DNA of 64,000 nucleotides from an uncultured Treponema sp. Its GTDB lineage: Bacteria > Spirochaetota > Spirochaetia > Treponematales > Rectinemataceae. The notes beneath the pieces are model-generated. The model was not told where the DNA came from. It searched no databases and saw only the letters and a list, made by a program, of their open reading frames with translations. This document shows positions 45,677 to 55,517 of this stretch, piece by piece. The stretch is from positions 38,322 through 102,321 of the forward strand of contig CAZHFN010000002.1 of the NCBI GenBank assembly GCA_964531105.1, given 5' to 3'. Every line of letters starts with the position of its first letter. The stretch's first letter is position 1. Both the position numbers and the translations under genes were made by a program.

Positions 45677-46375
45677 ATGGCACTACGCGCCCTGGGCTTT
45701 GATTTGGATGGCACACTCTACCCAGCCTGGAGAATGTACTCGGCCTCCGCCTATCTCGCCCTGCACCATGGAGCCTTTCTACGAGCCTTCGGTCAGGCCA
45801 GAAAAGCCCTTCGGAAAAGCAATCCTGCCCAACAAAACCCAGGGAGCATCAGTCAAGAAAGCCTGAAGGAATTCAGGCAGCGCCAGGCTTTCCTTGTCGC
45901 CTCTATACTGAATTTAGATTTTGCAACTACGACCTCCCTCATCGATGAAGTAATCTATGGAAAGGTAGAGCAAAGCTTTTCAAGGATACAGCCTTTCAAG
46001 GGACTTGTTCCCTTTCTGGAAAATCTTGGAGCCTCGGGGTTCCGCCTGGGATTGCTCTCCGACCTACCGCCTAAAAAAAAGCTGACTCTCATGGGACTGG
46101 ATTCTTACTTCCACTGCGCACTCTGCTCCGAGGATTCCGGAACCCTGAAGCCCGACGGGCGGCCATTTCTGGCTCTGGCCGATGCCCTGGGCGAGCAGCC
46201 TGAGTCCATTCTCTATGTGGGGAATAAGGAAGCCTACGATGTCAAAGGAGCCAAGTCGGTGGGTATGAAAACGGCCCTGCTGGGACGCAGTTCCAACTCT
46301 GTAGCCGACTTTAGCTTTCGTCGCTGGGAGGAATTAAGTGCCTGGCTTTTCGAGGGTCCGGGTCACACTCTATAA
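45677..46375 (+). CDS. HAD-superfamily hydrolase
   Basis: Start at MALRALGFDLDGTLY (DxDxT motif I). Motif IV is GNKEAYDVKGA. Confidence 0.8.
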   Translation: MALRALGFDLDGTLYPAWRMYSASAYLALHHGAFLRAFGQARKALRKSNPAQQNPGSISQESLKEFRQRQAFLVASILNLDFATTTSLIDEVIYGKVEQSFSRIQPFKGLVPFLENLGASGFRLGLLSDLPPKKKLTLMGLDSYFHCALCSEDSGTLKPDGRPFLALADALGEQPESILYVGNKEAYDVKGAKSVGMKTALLGRSSNSVADFSFRRWEELSAWLFEGPGHTL

Positions 46376-47106
46376 ACCTCACCTGCCCTGGCATATTCCA
46401 GACGGCCCTCGGAAACCCTGTTGCCAGCGTAATGGGTGGCTAAAAGCCTTGTGCTCTCCGGCAACCTAGGCAGAATGTGCTTTTGAATCTCTACTGGACT
46501 CATATGGACTCCGCCCGGCTTTTCTCCGCCGCTGTCGCAGAGCATCAGCTTGGCTCCCCTCTTAAGCAAGGTTTCAAGACCCATATTCCAGCTCGTATCC
46601 GAGGTGGCGATAAAATCCGGTTTCTCTTCCCCTTCCCTGCCCGCCTGAATGGAATAAGTTTCGGGAGAATGATAGGTTCGCAGAAACTCGAGCCAGAGCC
46701 CTCCAGGAATTGCAAAACGCCTGGATTCGCCTATTTCTACGATTTCGAGGCAGGATAAAGCCCAGTTTACATAAGGATGATCGGGAGAAATCGCCAATCC
46801 CAGAATGCGTTTCATCCACTCCCTTGCTCCCGGCGGAGCCAGTAGGCGTAGGGGTGGACGCCCATCAGACTGTGTGGAATCCCGGATAAAGAGGTTGAAA
46901 AGGAAAAAAGGCAGGCCAAAGCAATGATCGCCGTGGAAGTGGCTTATAATCAATGTGTCGATATCGGAAAGATCTATGGACGCCCGGGCGAGGGATTGCA
47001 GAATGTCAGGCGGCGTCTCTACGAGCACATGTCCGTCTATCATGAAGGCATTGTAGGGGCTGCCATCGTTAGAAAACCCCCCAGTCCCTAGAATTCGAAG
47101 CTCCAT
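46363..47106 (-). CDS. MBL-fold metallo-hydrolase
   Basis: 247 aa with the HFHGDHCFG (HxHxDH) motif. Confidence 0.8.
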   Translation of the reverse strand: MELRILGTGGFSNDGSPYNAFMIDGHVLVETPPDILQSLARASIDLSDIDTLIISHFHGDHCFGLPFFLFNLFIRDSTQSDGRPPLRLLAPPGAREWMKRILGLAISPDHPYVNWALSCLEIVEIGESRRFAIPGGLWLEFLRTYHSPETYSIQAGREGEEKPDFIATSDTSWNMGLETLLKRGAKLMLCDSGGEKPGGVHMSPVEIQKHILPRLPESTRLLATHYAGNRVSEGRLEYARAGEVYRV

Positions 47107-47121
47107 TTGCCCTTTCCTCCT

Positions 47122-50100
47122 TCAATCCCGCCAGACTTCGCGTACCAGCGCATGCTCCTTCAGCAGTTCCAGATCCCTGTCCATGGCAGAGCAGGAAATA
47201 TGAGCCCCGGCCTGGAGCAGGGCTTCCTGTTTTCCGTCGAGAACCGGTATGTGGAAAAAGAGCGTGCACTGGCCATGTAGTGTATAGATCATGTCACGCA
47301 GGGATGTGAGATCCTTTTCATCGTATCCACCTGTTCCAAGTGGCGCTTCCATGCGTATATGAAGTTCTCTATAGGTTTTATCCCTGAGTCCCGCAGGATC
47401 CAACAGTTCCTTGACCTGTACACAGGGCTTGCCTCTAGACACATCAAAACTGCCCTTGAGGCAATATACCCTGTCCACAGCCAACTGAGGCCGCAGCTGC
47501 TCCAGAGTTTCGGGGAAGAGCACTATCTCGATGCTTCCGCCATAGTCTTCCAAGACACCAAAGGCCATTTTCTTGCCTGTCTTAGTCAGGACTTCCCTGA
47601 ATTCAGTGAGCATTGCCACTAGCACATAGTCCCTGTCCTGGCTGGCCCGCTCGGGATGGGCCAGATCGATGGTGGAGGATCGTTCCCAAAGAGTCTTGTA
47701 ATCATCCATCGGGTGTCCGGTAAAGTAGAATCCCAGAAGACTCTTTTCAAAATCCAGCATTTCCTGCCTGCTGTATTCTTCGCAGGATTCCATGATAAAG
47801 GGCGGAAATACCGTTTCGTCATCGGCATCGAAAAGACTCTGCTGCCTGGAGGATTCGTGCTCTCTTTTGGCCAGCACCCAGTCAAGGGATCGCTCCAGAT
47901 TAAGCATCAGTTCCTTCCGCCTGCAGCTCAGGGAGTCGAAACAGCCGGCATGGATGAGGGATTCCAGGATTTTCTTGTTGAGACCGGCCCCGGACATCCT
48001 GGACAGAAAATCTACAAATCCAGAAAAAGCGCCTGCATTTTTCCTTTCTTCTACGATCGATTCCGCAATGCCCTCGCCTACGCCCTTAATGCCCAGAAGT
48101 CCATAGACAATGTCGGATTTCTCGACGCTGAAATAAGCTTCAGAATAATTGATATCAGGCGGACGAATCTTCAAGCCCATGGCCCGGGCTTCGCCAATGT
48201 ACTGGGTCAGCTTGTCGGTATTGGCGATTTCGTTGGTGAGGTTGGCAGCCATGAACTCCGCAGGGTAATTGGCCTTGAGATAGGCGGTCCGATAGGCCAC
48301 CACTGAATAGGCGGCGGCGTGGGACTTGTTGAATCCATATCCTGCGAAGGGAGTGAGAATATCGAAAATTTCCTCAGCCTGGGTGGCGCTGTAACCCCGG
48401 GACACAGCGCCCTCTATGAAAGGAGCCCTCTCCTTGGCCAGGATTTCATGCTTTTTCTTGCCCATGGCGCGCCGCAGAAGATCGGCCCTTCCAAGGGAGT
48501 AGCCAGCCACCTCCCTGGCTACCTGCATGACCTGTTCCTGGTACACAATCACCCCGTAGGTGCCCTTGAGATACTTCTCCAGAGAAGGATGGGGGTAACT
48601 GATAGGTATCTTGCCATTCTTGGAGTCTACAAATTTATCGATAAAGTCCATCGGCCCCGGCCTGTACAGGGCATTCAAGGCTATGAGGTCCTCGATGGAC
48701 TCAGGTCTGGCTCTTTTTAGGATGTTCTGCATGCCCGAAGACTCGAACTGGAATATGGAGGTGCTCTTGCCCTCTCCCAGCATGCGGAAGGTTTTAGGAT
48801 CATTGTCGGGGATTTCTTCTTCCCTTATTGTCACATTCCGCTTTTTCAAGAGATCCAGAGTGTTCTTGATGAGGGTAAGGGTTTTCAAGCCCAGGAAATC
48901 CATCTTCACCAGCCCGCAATTTTCCAGGTAATCCATTGTGTACTGGGTAGATATCCCTCCGGTTTTGGGATCCTTGTAGAGGGGGACAAAATCCGTAAGC
49001 TGGGACTTGCCTATGACGATGCCGGCAGCATGGAGGGAGCTGTGGCGATGCAGGTTTTCCAGCCTCAAGGCAATCCTGAATAAATCCTTGTATTTTTCTT
49101 CTTCCGCTAAAGCCTTAAGACGGCTCTCCATCTCGAAGGCTGTTTCCAAGGTCATCTTGGGGTCTTCGGGGATGAGCTTGGCAATACCATTGGCTTCTTC
49201 GAATGGAATATCCAGGGATCTGGCCACATCCTTGACCACAGCCTTGGCCTTGAGGGTTCCAAAGGTTATGATCTGCCCTACCCTGTCTTCGCCATACTTT
49301 CTGGTTACGTAATCTATGACCTCTCCCCGTCTTTCGAAGCAGAAATCCACATCGAAGTCGGGCATGGAAATGCGCTCGGGATTGAGAAAGCGCTCGAAGA
49401 GGAGGTCGTATTTCAAAGGATCTATATCGGTGATGCGGAGGCTGTAGGCCACTATCGAGCCTGCCCCAGAACCTCGACCAGGGCCAACGGGAATATCATG
49501 CCGCTTGGCCCAGTCTATAAAATCCCAGACTATAAGGAAGTACCCCGTAAAACCCATGGAGATTATCACCGAAAGCTCGAATTCAGCCCTTTTTTTTATT
49601 TCTTCGTCGGCATTGGGATACCGCTTGGCCAGGCCTTCCATAGTGATGTGGTGAAGATACTCTTCGGGAGATGAAAAATCCGGTGGTATCTCGTAATCAG
49701 GCAGCAAGGGACCCGGAAACTCGATACTCAAATTGACCATCTCATTGATCTTGAGGGTATTGGCTAGAGCCTCCGGCTGTTCCGAAAAGAGGGAAGCCAT
49801 TTCATCGGGAGTCTTGAGGTAAAAATGATCGTTGGGAAAACGCATCCTTCCGGGATCATTCCTTTTTCGGTTTGTCCCAACGCAGAGAAGGATATCCTGG
49901 GCGACTGCATCTTCCTTGTAGATGTAGTGCAGATCATTGGTGGCAATAAGAGGTATTCCATGGCGGCGAGACATGGCCACCAGTTCACGGTTAACCAATC
50001 GTTGCTCTTCCAGACCGTGGTCTTGGAGTTCCAGGTAGAAGTGATCAGCCCCGAAAAGCTCTTTATATTCCAGAGCCTTGGCATCGGCGGCCTCTCTTTT

Positions 50101-50553
50101 TCCCGCCAGGATAAGGGAAGGGATTTCGCCGGCTATGCAGGCAGTGGAAGCTATCAATCCTTTCGAGTACTGCCTTAATAACTCCCCGTCTATCCTTGGC
50201 TTATAATAAAAGCCCTCGGTATACGAACTGCTGGAAAGCTTTATGAGGTTCCGGTAGCCCTCCTGGTTTTCAGCCAGCAATATAAAATGCCAATATTTAT
50301 TTCCACTCTCCGTGCCGGTCTTATCCCTACGCGAGCCTCCGGCCATATAGAATTCGCAGCCTATGATAGGTTTTATTCCCTCATCCCTGCATGCCTTATA
50401 AAAACTCAAGGCTCCGAAGAGGTTGCCGTGATCGGTGATCGCTAAGCCCGGCATGCCGTAGCGCTTGGCGGTAGCGGCCAGTTCCTTTATGGGAGCGGCA
50501 CCGTCTAAAAGGGAGTAATCGCTGTGGTTGTGAAGGTGTACGAATTCCGCCAT
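47122..50553 (-). CDS. dnaE: DNA polymerase III alpha subunit
   Basis: Start at MAEFVHLHNHSDYSLLDG (PHP domain). Pol III alpha core, OB fold. The ORF-track N-terminal extension is not needed. Confidence 0.96.
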   Translation of the reverse strand: MAEFVHLHNHSDYSLLDGAAPIKELAATAKRYGMPGLAITDHGNLFGALSFYKACRDEGIKPIIGCEFYMAGGSRRDKTGTESGNKYWHFILLAENQEGYRNLIKLSSSSYTEGFYYKPRIDGELLRQYSKGLIASTACIAGEIPSLILAGKREAADAKALEYKELFGADHFYLELQDHGLEEQRLVNRELVAMSRRHGIPLIATNDLHYIYKEDAVAQDILLCVGTNRKRNDPGRMRFPNDHFYLKTPDEMASLFSEQPEALANTLKINEMVNLSIEFPGPLLPDYEIPPDFSSPEEYLHHITMEGLAKRYPNADEEIKKRAEFELSVIISMGFTGYFLIVWDFIDWAKRHDIPVGPGRGSGAGSIVAYSLRITDIDPLKYDLLFERFLNPERISMPDFDVDFCFERRGEVIDYVTRKYGEDRVGQIITFGTLKAKAVVKDVARSLDIPFEEANGIAKLIPEDPKMTLETAFEMESRLKALAEEEKYKDLFRIALRLENLHRHSSLHAAGIVIGKSQLTDFVPLYKDPKTGGISTQYTMDYLENCGLVKMDFLGLKTLTLIKNTLDLLKKRNVTIREEEIPDNDPKTFRMLGEGKSTSIFQFESSGMQNILKRARPESIEDLIALNALYRPGPMDFIDKFVDSKNGKIPISYPHPSLEKYLKGTYGVIVYQEQVMQVAREVAGYSLGRADLLRRAMGKKKHEILAKERAPFIEGAVSRGYSATQAEEIFDILTPFAGYGFNKSHAAAYSVVAYRTAYLKANYPAEFMAANLTNEIANTDKLTQYIGEARAMGLKIRPPDINYSEAYFSVEKSDIVYGLLGIKGVGEGIAESIVEERKNAGAFSGFVDFLSRMSGAGLNKKILESLIHAGCFDSLSCRRKELMLNLERSLDWVLAKREHESSRQQSLFDADDETVFPPFIMESCEEYSRQEMLDFEKSLLGFYFTGHPMDDYKTLWERSSTIDLAHPERASQDRDYVLVAMLTEFREVLTKTGKKMAFGVLEDYGGSIEIVLFPETLEQLRPQLAVDRVYCLKGSFDVSRGKPCVQVKELLDPAGLRDKTYRELHIRMEAPLGTGGYDEKDLTSLRDMIYTLHGQCTLFFHIPVLDGKQEALLQAGAHISCSAMDRDLELLKEHALVREVWRD

Positions 50554-50626
50554 TGGTAAAGTATACCAGATGTTGACCCCGCTTTCATCCTCCCCCATAC
50601 TCTTGAATAAAGGATCTAAGACATAC

Positions 50627-51979
50627 ATGAAGCCCGCAGCCGCCCTTGGATTTCCGGAATTGTCATCTAAACTCGCCGCCATGGTCAGATTTCAGACTGT
50701 CTCTTCCTACCTGCCGGAGGAGGAAAACAATGAGGCCTTTTCAGGTCTCGTGGAAGAACTGCATCGCCTTTTCCCTGGGCTGCATGCCAGTCTCAGGCTT
50801 GAAAAGCCCTCGGAAAGAGCCCTTCTCTATACATGGCAGGGCAGCGACCCCAGCCTCAAACCGGCTATTTTCTGTGCACACTACGATGTAGTGCCTCCAG
50901 GAAACTCCGAAGCCTGGACCCATGGGGCCTTTTCTGGCCAAATCGTGGATGGAGAACTTTGGGGAAGGGGTACTCAGGATATCAAGGTATTGATGGCTTC
51001 CATCATGGAAGCTGTGGAAAAGCTCCTTGCCCAGGGTTTCCAGCCCCGCAGGACTGTGCTCCTAGCCTTTGGCGGAGACGAGGAAGTGGGAGGCTTCAGG
51101 GGGGCTTCAGCCATCGCTGCCCATTTGGCTTCCAAGAGCGTTGAAGCCTCTTTCCTCCTGGACGAGGGCGGGCCTATATCCCTGGGCATGCTTTCCTTTG
51201 CCCAGCAACCTCTGGCCCTCGTGGGCCTAGCCGAAAAGGGCTATGCCGACCTTCTCCTGACTACCCGGGGCAAGGGCGGCCATGCTTCCATGCCTCCTAG
51301 GGATAACGCGACAGTCCAGCTGGCCAGAGCAATAGTGGCCATAGAAAAGAATCCTTCCCCAGCCAGGCTCACCTCAACCTTGCGATCATTTCTTAAAAGA
51401 CTGTCCACGGTATCCGATCAACCCTATCGTCTTTTTTTCAAACTGGCAGGGATAACTGGACCTGCGATCAAGCTGGCATTCTCGTCCAAACCCACCACCA
51501 ATGCCCTGATCCGCAGCACAATAGCCTGTACCATGCTGCAAGGCAGCCCCAAGGAAAATGTGCTGGCAGATTTGGCAGAGGCCACTCTCAATGTGAGAAT
51601 TTTGCCAGGGGAAAGCTCTTCGGAACTTATGTCACGGCTTAATACCCTTGTCGCTCCCTATGGTGCCCAGGTAAAAGCCAAGCACGAGGGGCAGGTGGTC
51701 GAACCGTCCAGAGAATCCTCCACCGAGCATGAGGGCTGGGCTCTCATAGAGCAGGCCCTCGGAAAATCCCATCCTGAAGCCATCTGCCTGCCCTTTCTCT
51801 TCAGCGCCGCAACGGACACCAAGCATTACAGAAACCTGGTGGAAGCTATCTATCGCTTTTCCGCCCTGCCCCAGACCCAGGCGGACCTCGCCCGGATCCA
51901 CGCGGCCAACGAAAGGGTAAAGGTAAAGGATCTGGAACGCTGCGCCGAATTCTATCACAAGCTCATAACCTCGCTTTAG
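50627..51979 (+). CDS. M20-family metallopeptidase
   Basis: Start at MKPAAALGFPEL. Motifs CAHYDVVP, WGRGTQDIK, GGDEEVGG, LDEGG. Confidence 0.85.
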   Translation: MKPAAALGFPELSSKLAAMVRFQTVSSYLPEEENNEAFSGLVEELHRLFPGLHASLRLEKPSERALLYTWQGSDPSLKPAIFCAHYDVVPPGNSEAWTHGAFSGQIVDGELWGRGTQDIKVLMASIMEAVEKLLAQGFQPRRTVLLAFGGDEEVGGFRGASAIAAHLASKSVEASFLLDEGGPISLGMLSFAQQPLALVGLAEKGYADLLLTTRGKGGHASMPPRDNATVQLARAIVAIEKNPSPARLTSTLRSFLKRLSTVSDQPYRLFFKLAGITGPAIKLAFSSKPTTNALIRSTIACTMLQGSPKENVLADLAEATLNVRILPGESSSELMSRLNTLVAPYGAQVKAKHEGQVVEPSRESSTEHEGWALIEQALGKSHPEAICLPFLFSAATDTKHYRNLVEAIYRFSALPQTQADLARIHAANERVKVKDLERCAEFYHKLITSL

Positions 51980-52115
51980 GTAAGGGCGGGAGCTTTGGTC
52001 TTGCGGGAGCCCTGGTTTTGAATGTCATGCGATTGGTAGAGACTTTACGAGAATAAAAACAGGCATGTGCAATTCGTATCTTGCCCCCGGCCGCATCATA
52101 TATTAAATTTTCCCA

Positions 52116-52673
52116 ATGAAAAGAACACTACTCATCGGTATTCTCATGGTTTTTGTTGTGATCTCGGCCGCCTTCGGCGTCGATGTGGACGGCAAGATTG
52201 CCCAGGGAGAATATGCAAGGGAGGAAAGCTTCGATAAGGGAAGCTTCAGGCTTCTCTGGAGAATTGTGGGCGATACGGCCTACATGGCCATCGAAGCCAC
52301 AGCCAAAGGCTGGGTGTCAGTGGGTTTCGAACCCACCCGAGTCATGGCCAATTCCGACATGATCTTCGGTTTTGTAGAGGCTTCAGGCGCCGTCAGGGCA
52401 GTGGATGCCTGGTCCACAGGCCTCTTCGGACCCCATCCCCCCGATGCCGACCAGGGAGGGAGCGATTCTATTCTGGCCTTTGCCGGTTCCCGCTCGGGTG
52501 ATAAGGTAGTCTTCGAGTTCTCCCGTCTTTTGGACACAAAGGATAAATTCGATAAAGTTATACCCTCATCGGGATCTTTCAAAATCATATGGGCTCATTC
52601 CCAGAGCATGGGATTCACCGCCAAACACAATAAGGCCGGCAGCGCGACCCTGAGTATGGGGGGCTCGGAGTGA
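52116..52673 (+). CDS. Secreted DOMON-domain protein
   Basis: Signal peptide MKRTLLIGILMVFVVISAAFG. DOMON-like pattern GWVSVGFEP ... NSDMIFGF ... VVFEFSRLLDTKD ... IIWAHS. Confidence 0.7.
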   Translation: MKRTLLIGILMVFVVISAAFGVDVDGKIAQGEYAREESFDKGSFRLLWRIVGDTAYMAIEATAKGWVSVGFEPTRVMANSDMIFGFVEASGAVRAVDAWSTGLFGPHPPDADQGGSDSILAFAGSRSGDKVVFEFSRLLDTKDKFDKVIPSSGSFKIIWAHSQSMGFTAKHNKAGSATLSMGGSE

Positions 52674-53074
52674 GCCTCATTTACCTTCATCTGGGTCTCA
52701 TGAGCGCCGCGGCGCTGACAATGATTACCGCAGCAGCCATAGCCCGGTTTTTCAAGAAAAAAAAGTGGTGGCTAAAAGCCCACAGGGCGCTCAACATCAT
52801 AGCTGTAATTCTCGCCCTCGGCGGGCTGATTGCCGCGGCGGTTTCGGTCCAGACATCGGGAGGTCCCCATTTTAGGGTCAGGCATGCATTCTACGGGCTG
52901 GCCGCAATTCTCTTCCTGTTGGCATCCCCAGCCCTGGGTTTTGCCATATTCAAGACCAAGGATAAGACAAAAATTGCCGGCCTAAAAAAGATACACCGCT
53001 GGATGGGGAGGATAACCATACTGCTCATGCTGGGAGCTGCATTGGCTGGATTTGCGCTTATAGGTCTCTTTTAA
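52670..53074 (+). CDS. 4-TM His-rich membrane protein, possible b-type cytochrome (cyt b561/ferric-reductase-like)
   Basis: GTG start overlaps the DOMON stop (GTGA). Four predicted TM helices. H-R motifs sit at helix starts (AHRALN, VRHAFYG, IHRWMG) and one His lies in TM1. Confidence 0.45.
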   Translation: MSLIYLHLGLMSAAALTMITAAAIARFFKKKKWWLKAHRALNIIAVILALGGLIAAAVSVQTSGGPHFRVRHAFYGLAAILFLLASPALGFAIFKTKDKTKIAGLKKIHRWMGRITILLMLGAALAGFALIGLF

Positions 53075-53076
53075 TT

Positions 53077-53799
53077 TCAGTTGCAGGCTTTTGCAGACCG
53101 GGAGCCCAGGTATGCCGACCGTATCGCTGGATCACCGGCGATCTGGGCTACTGGTCCGGAAGTGACAATGCGTCCTTGCTCGAGCACATAGGCCCTGTCC
53201 GCCACGGCCAGGGCTTTGAATGCGTTCTGCTCCACCAGTAGTATCGTTTTTCCCATGGATCTAATTCTCTCAATTATTTCGAATACGGTTTTTACCAAAA
53301 GGGGGGCCAATCCGAGTGAAGGCTCGTCCATCAGGATGAGGTCTCCTTCGGTCATAAGAGCCCTTCCCATGGCGAGCATCTGCTGCTCCCCACCGGAGAG
53401 GGTGCCGGCCATTTGCTGTTCCCTCTCTTTCAGCCGGGGAAAGAGAACGAACACCTTCTCCATGTCGTCCTTGATAGCCTTTTTGTCCGACCTCAGATAA
53501 GCGCCTAAATTTAGATTATCCGTTACGCTCAGATTGGCGAATATAAGCCTGCCCTCGGGAACGTGGCAGATACCTGATTGCACGACAAGATCAGGCCGCC
53601 GGGCCAGCTTTTTGCCCTTGTACAGAATTTCACCCGCTCCGGGTTTGAGAAAACCTGAAATAGTATTGAGAAGCGTGGATTTTCCTGCCCCGTTTGCACC
53701 AATTATGGTGACAATCTCTCCTGCGCTCACTTCCAGGCTTACGCCCTTCAGCGCACGAATGCCGCCGTAGGATACATGGAGGTCCTTGATCGAAAGCAT
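53077..53799 (-). CDS. livF: Branched-chain amino acid ABC transporter ATP-binding protein
   Basis: Walker A GANGAGKST, signature LSGGEQQ, LivF-type length of 240 aa. Confidence 0.92.
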   Translation of the reverse strand: MLSIKDLHVSYGGIRALKGVSLEVSAGEIVTIIGANGAGKSTLLNTISGFLKPGAGEILYKGKKLARRPDLVVQSGICHVPEGRLIFANLSVTDNLNLGAYLRSDKKAIKDDMEKVFVLFPRLKEREQQMAGTLSGGEQQMLAMGRALMTEGDLILMDEPSLGLAPLLVKTVFEIIERIRSMGKTILLVEQNAFKALAVADRAYVLEQGRIVTSGPVAQIAGDPAIRSAYLGSRSAKACN

Positions 53800-53802
53800 G
53801 CC

Positions 53803-54576
53803 TCAGACCTCCTCTGTGGCGCCCAGATAGGCTTCTATTACCTTGGGATCATTGGCTATGTCGGCCGGGCAACCCTCGGCCAGCTTAATCCCGAAGTTGA
53901 GCACCACGATATGCTCGCAGATGCCCATTATAAGATCCATGTGATGCTCGATCACTAATACTGAAAGCTTAAACTCATCCCGAATACGCCCTATCAGCCG
54001 CATGAGTTGTTCCGTCTCATCTGGATTCATCCCCGCCGCCGGCTCGTCCAGGAGGAGGAGCTGTGGATTCAGCGCGAGGGCGCGGACTATCTCCAACCTG
54101 CGTTGCATCCCATAGGGGAGATTGTTAGCCACAAGATCGCGGCGCTCGGTGAGTCCCATTATGGAAAGCAGCTTTTCGGCCTTTTCCATGAGCGCTTTTT
54201 CTTCCTTTCTAAACCTGGGCAGACGCAGGACAGAATCCACAATATTGTAGGAAGCGCTCAAATGACAGGCGGTAAGGACATTCTCAAAAACCGTGAGATT
54301 CTTGAACAGCCTGATATTCTGGAATGTCCTGGTAATGCCCATATCCGCGATTTTGTAGGGAGCCAGGCCTGTAATGCTCTTGTCCCTGAAGAGCACATCT
54401 CCCTCGGTGAGGGAGTAGACCCCTGTCACCAGGTTGAAGATAGTCGTCTTGCCCGCACCATTGGGTCCTATGAGACCCACGATGCCTCCCTCGGGCACGG
54501 AAAAGCTCACATCATTCACCGCCGCAAGACCGCCAAAGCGCTTGGTCAGCCGGGAGATCCGCAATATATCAGCCAT
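53803..54576 (-). CDS. livG: Branched-chain amino acid ABC transporter ATP-binding protein
   Basis: GPNGAGKTT, LPYGMQRRLEI, LLLDEPAAG. Start at MADILRI (GGGGAGA RBS). The ORF extends to 54600. Confidence 0.92.
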   Translation of the reverse strand: MADILRISRLTKRFGGLAAVNDVSFSVPEGGIVGLIGPNGAGKTTIFNLVTGVYSLTEGDVLFRDKSITGLAPYKIADMGITRTFQNIRLFKNLTVFENVLTACHLSASYNIVDSVLRLPRFRKEEKALMEKAEKLLSIMGLTERRDLVANNLPYGMQRRLEIVRALALNPQLLLLDEPAAGMNPDETEQLMRLIGRIRDEFKLSVLVIEHHMDLIMGICEHIVVLNFGIKLAEGCPADIANDPKVIEAYLGATEEV

Positions 54577-55510
54577 TGCCCGTCTCCCCGTTCTGGTCAT
54601 TTTTGCTATCCCGCAAGGCTTGAATCCTCGCCCTCCTCTCGCTTTGGATCTTCCGAATACCAGCGGGGCTGAGCTCCATGCCTCCCATCAAGCCCTTAGG
54701 CCGGGAAATCATAATCAGGATTACCGCAGCTCCATAGAAGACCAGGCGCCATATTTCAAATGCCCTGAGGATTTCCGGCAAGGCGGTGAGGAGGAGGGCT
54801 CCCAGGACAGAACCCGAGATAGAACCCAGGCCTCCGAAAATGACGATGATAGTGAGTTCGGTGGATTTGGTCATGGAAAACATCTTGGGCTGGATGAAGG
54901 TCATGTAATGCCCGAAGAACACCCCTGCCACGCCCGCGTATACAGCGCTCACCACAAGGGCGAGCATTTTATACTTGAATACGTTTATACCGGCTATCTG
55001 GGCTGCCAACTCCTCTTCCCTCACGGCAATCATGTTACGTCCATGTCTGGATCGTACTAAATTAGCCAGGAACAAGACTGCCAGCACATCCACAAGCACT
55101 ATGACCGGAAGTGTGGATTTATAGGGTACCCCCGGCCAGCCCCGGGAACCTCCGAAGAGTTGCACATTATTGAGAATGAGCCGTATAGCCTCGCCAAAAC
55201 CGAGGGTGGCGATGCAGAAGTAGTCACCCTTAAGGTTGAGGGTAATCTTGCCTATAAAATAGCTCACCAGGCCGGCGCCGGCTCCTCCGGCGATGATGCC
55301 CAAGGCGAAGGGCAGACCCAGACCAGCCGGGGTTGTGCTGGGCGATACCGTCACCAAGGCTCCTATGTAGGCACCTATGGCCATGAAACCCGCATGTCCA
55401 AAGGAAAAAAGCCCCGTAAAGCCCGTAAGCAGACTCAGGCCCAGTACCGCGATCAAGTTGATCCCGGCGAGCATCAGAATGCCTTGGATATAGAACCAGT
55501 CCATCCCCAC
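54569..55510 (-). CDS. livM: Branched-chain amino acid ABC transporter permease
   Basis: 313 aa polytopic protein, LivM-like (GFTGLFSFGHAGFMAIGAY). Confidence 0.9.
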   Translation of the reverse strand: MGMDWFYIQGILMLAGINLIAVLGLSLLTGFTGLFSFGHAGFMAIGAYIGALVTVSPSTTPAGLGLPFALGIIAGGAGAGLVSYFIGKITLNLKGDYFCIATLGFGEAIRLILNNVQLFGGSRGWPGVPYKSTLPVIVLVDVLAVLFLANLVRSRHGRNMIAVREEELAAQIAGINVFKYKMLALVVSAVYAGVAGVFFGHYMTFIQPKMFSMTKSTELTIIVIFGGLGSISGSVLGALLLTALPEILRAFEIWRLVFYGAAVILIMISRPKGLMGGMELSPAGIRKIQSERRARIQALRDSKNDQNGETGNG

Positions 55511-55517
55511 CCCCGTC

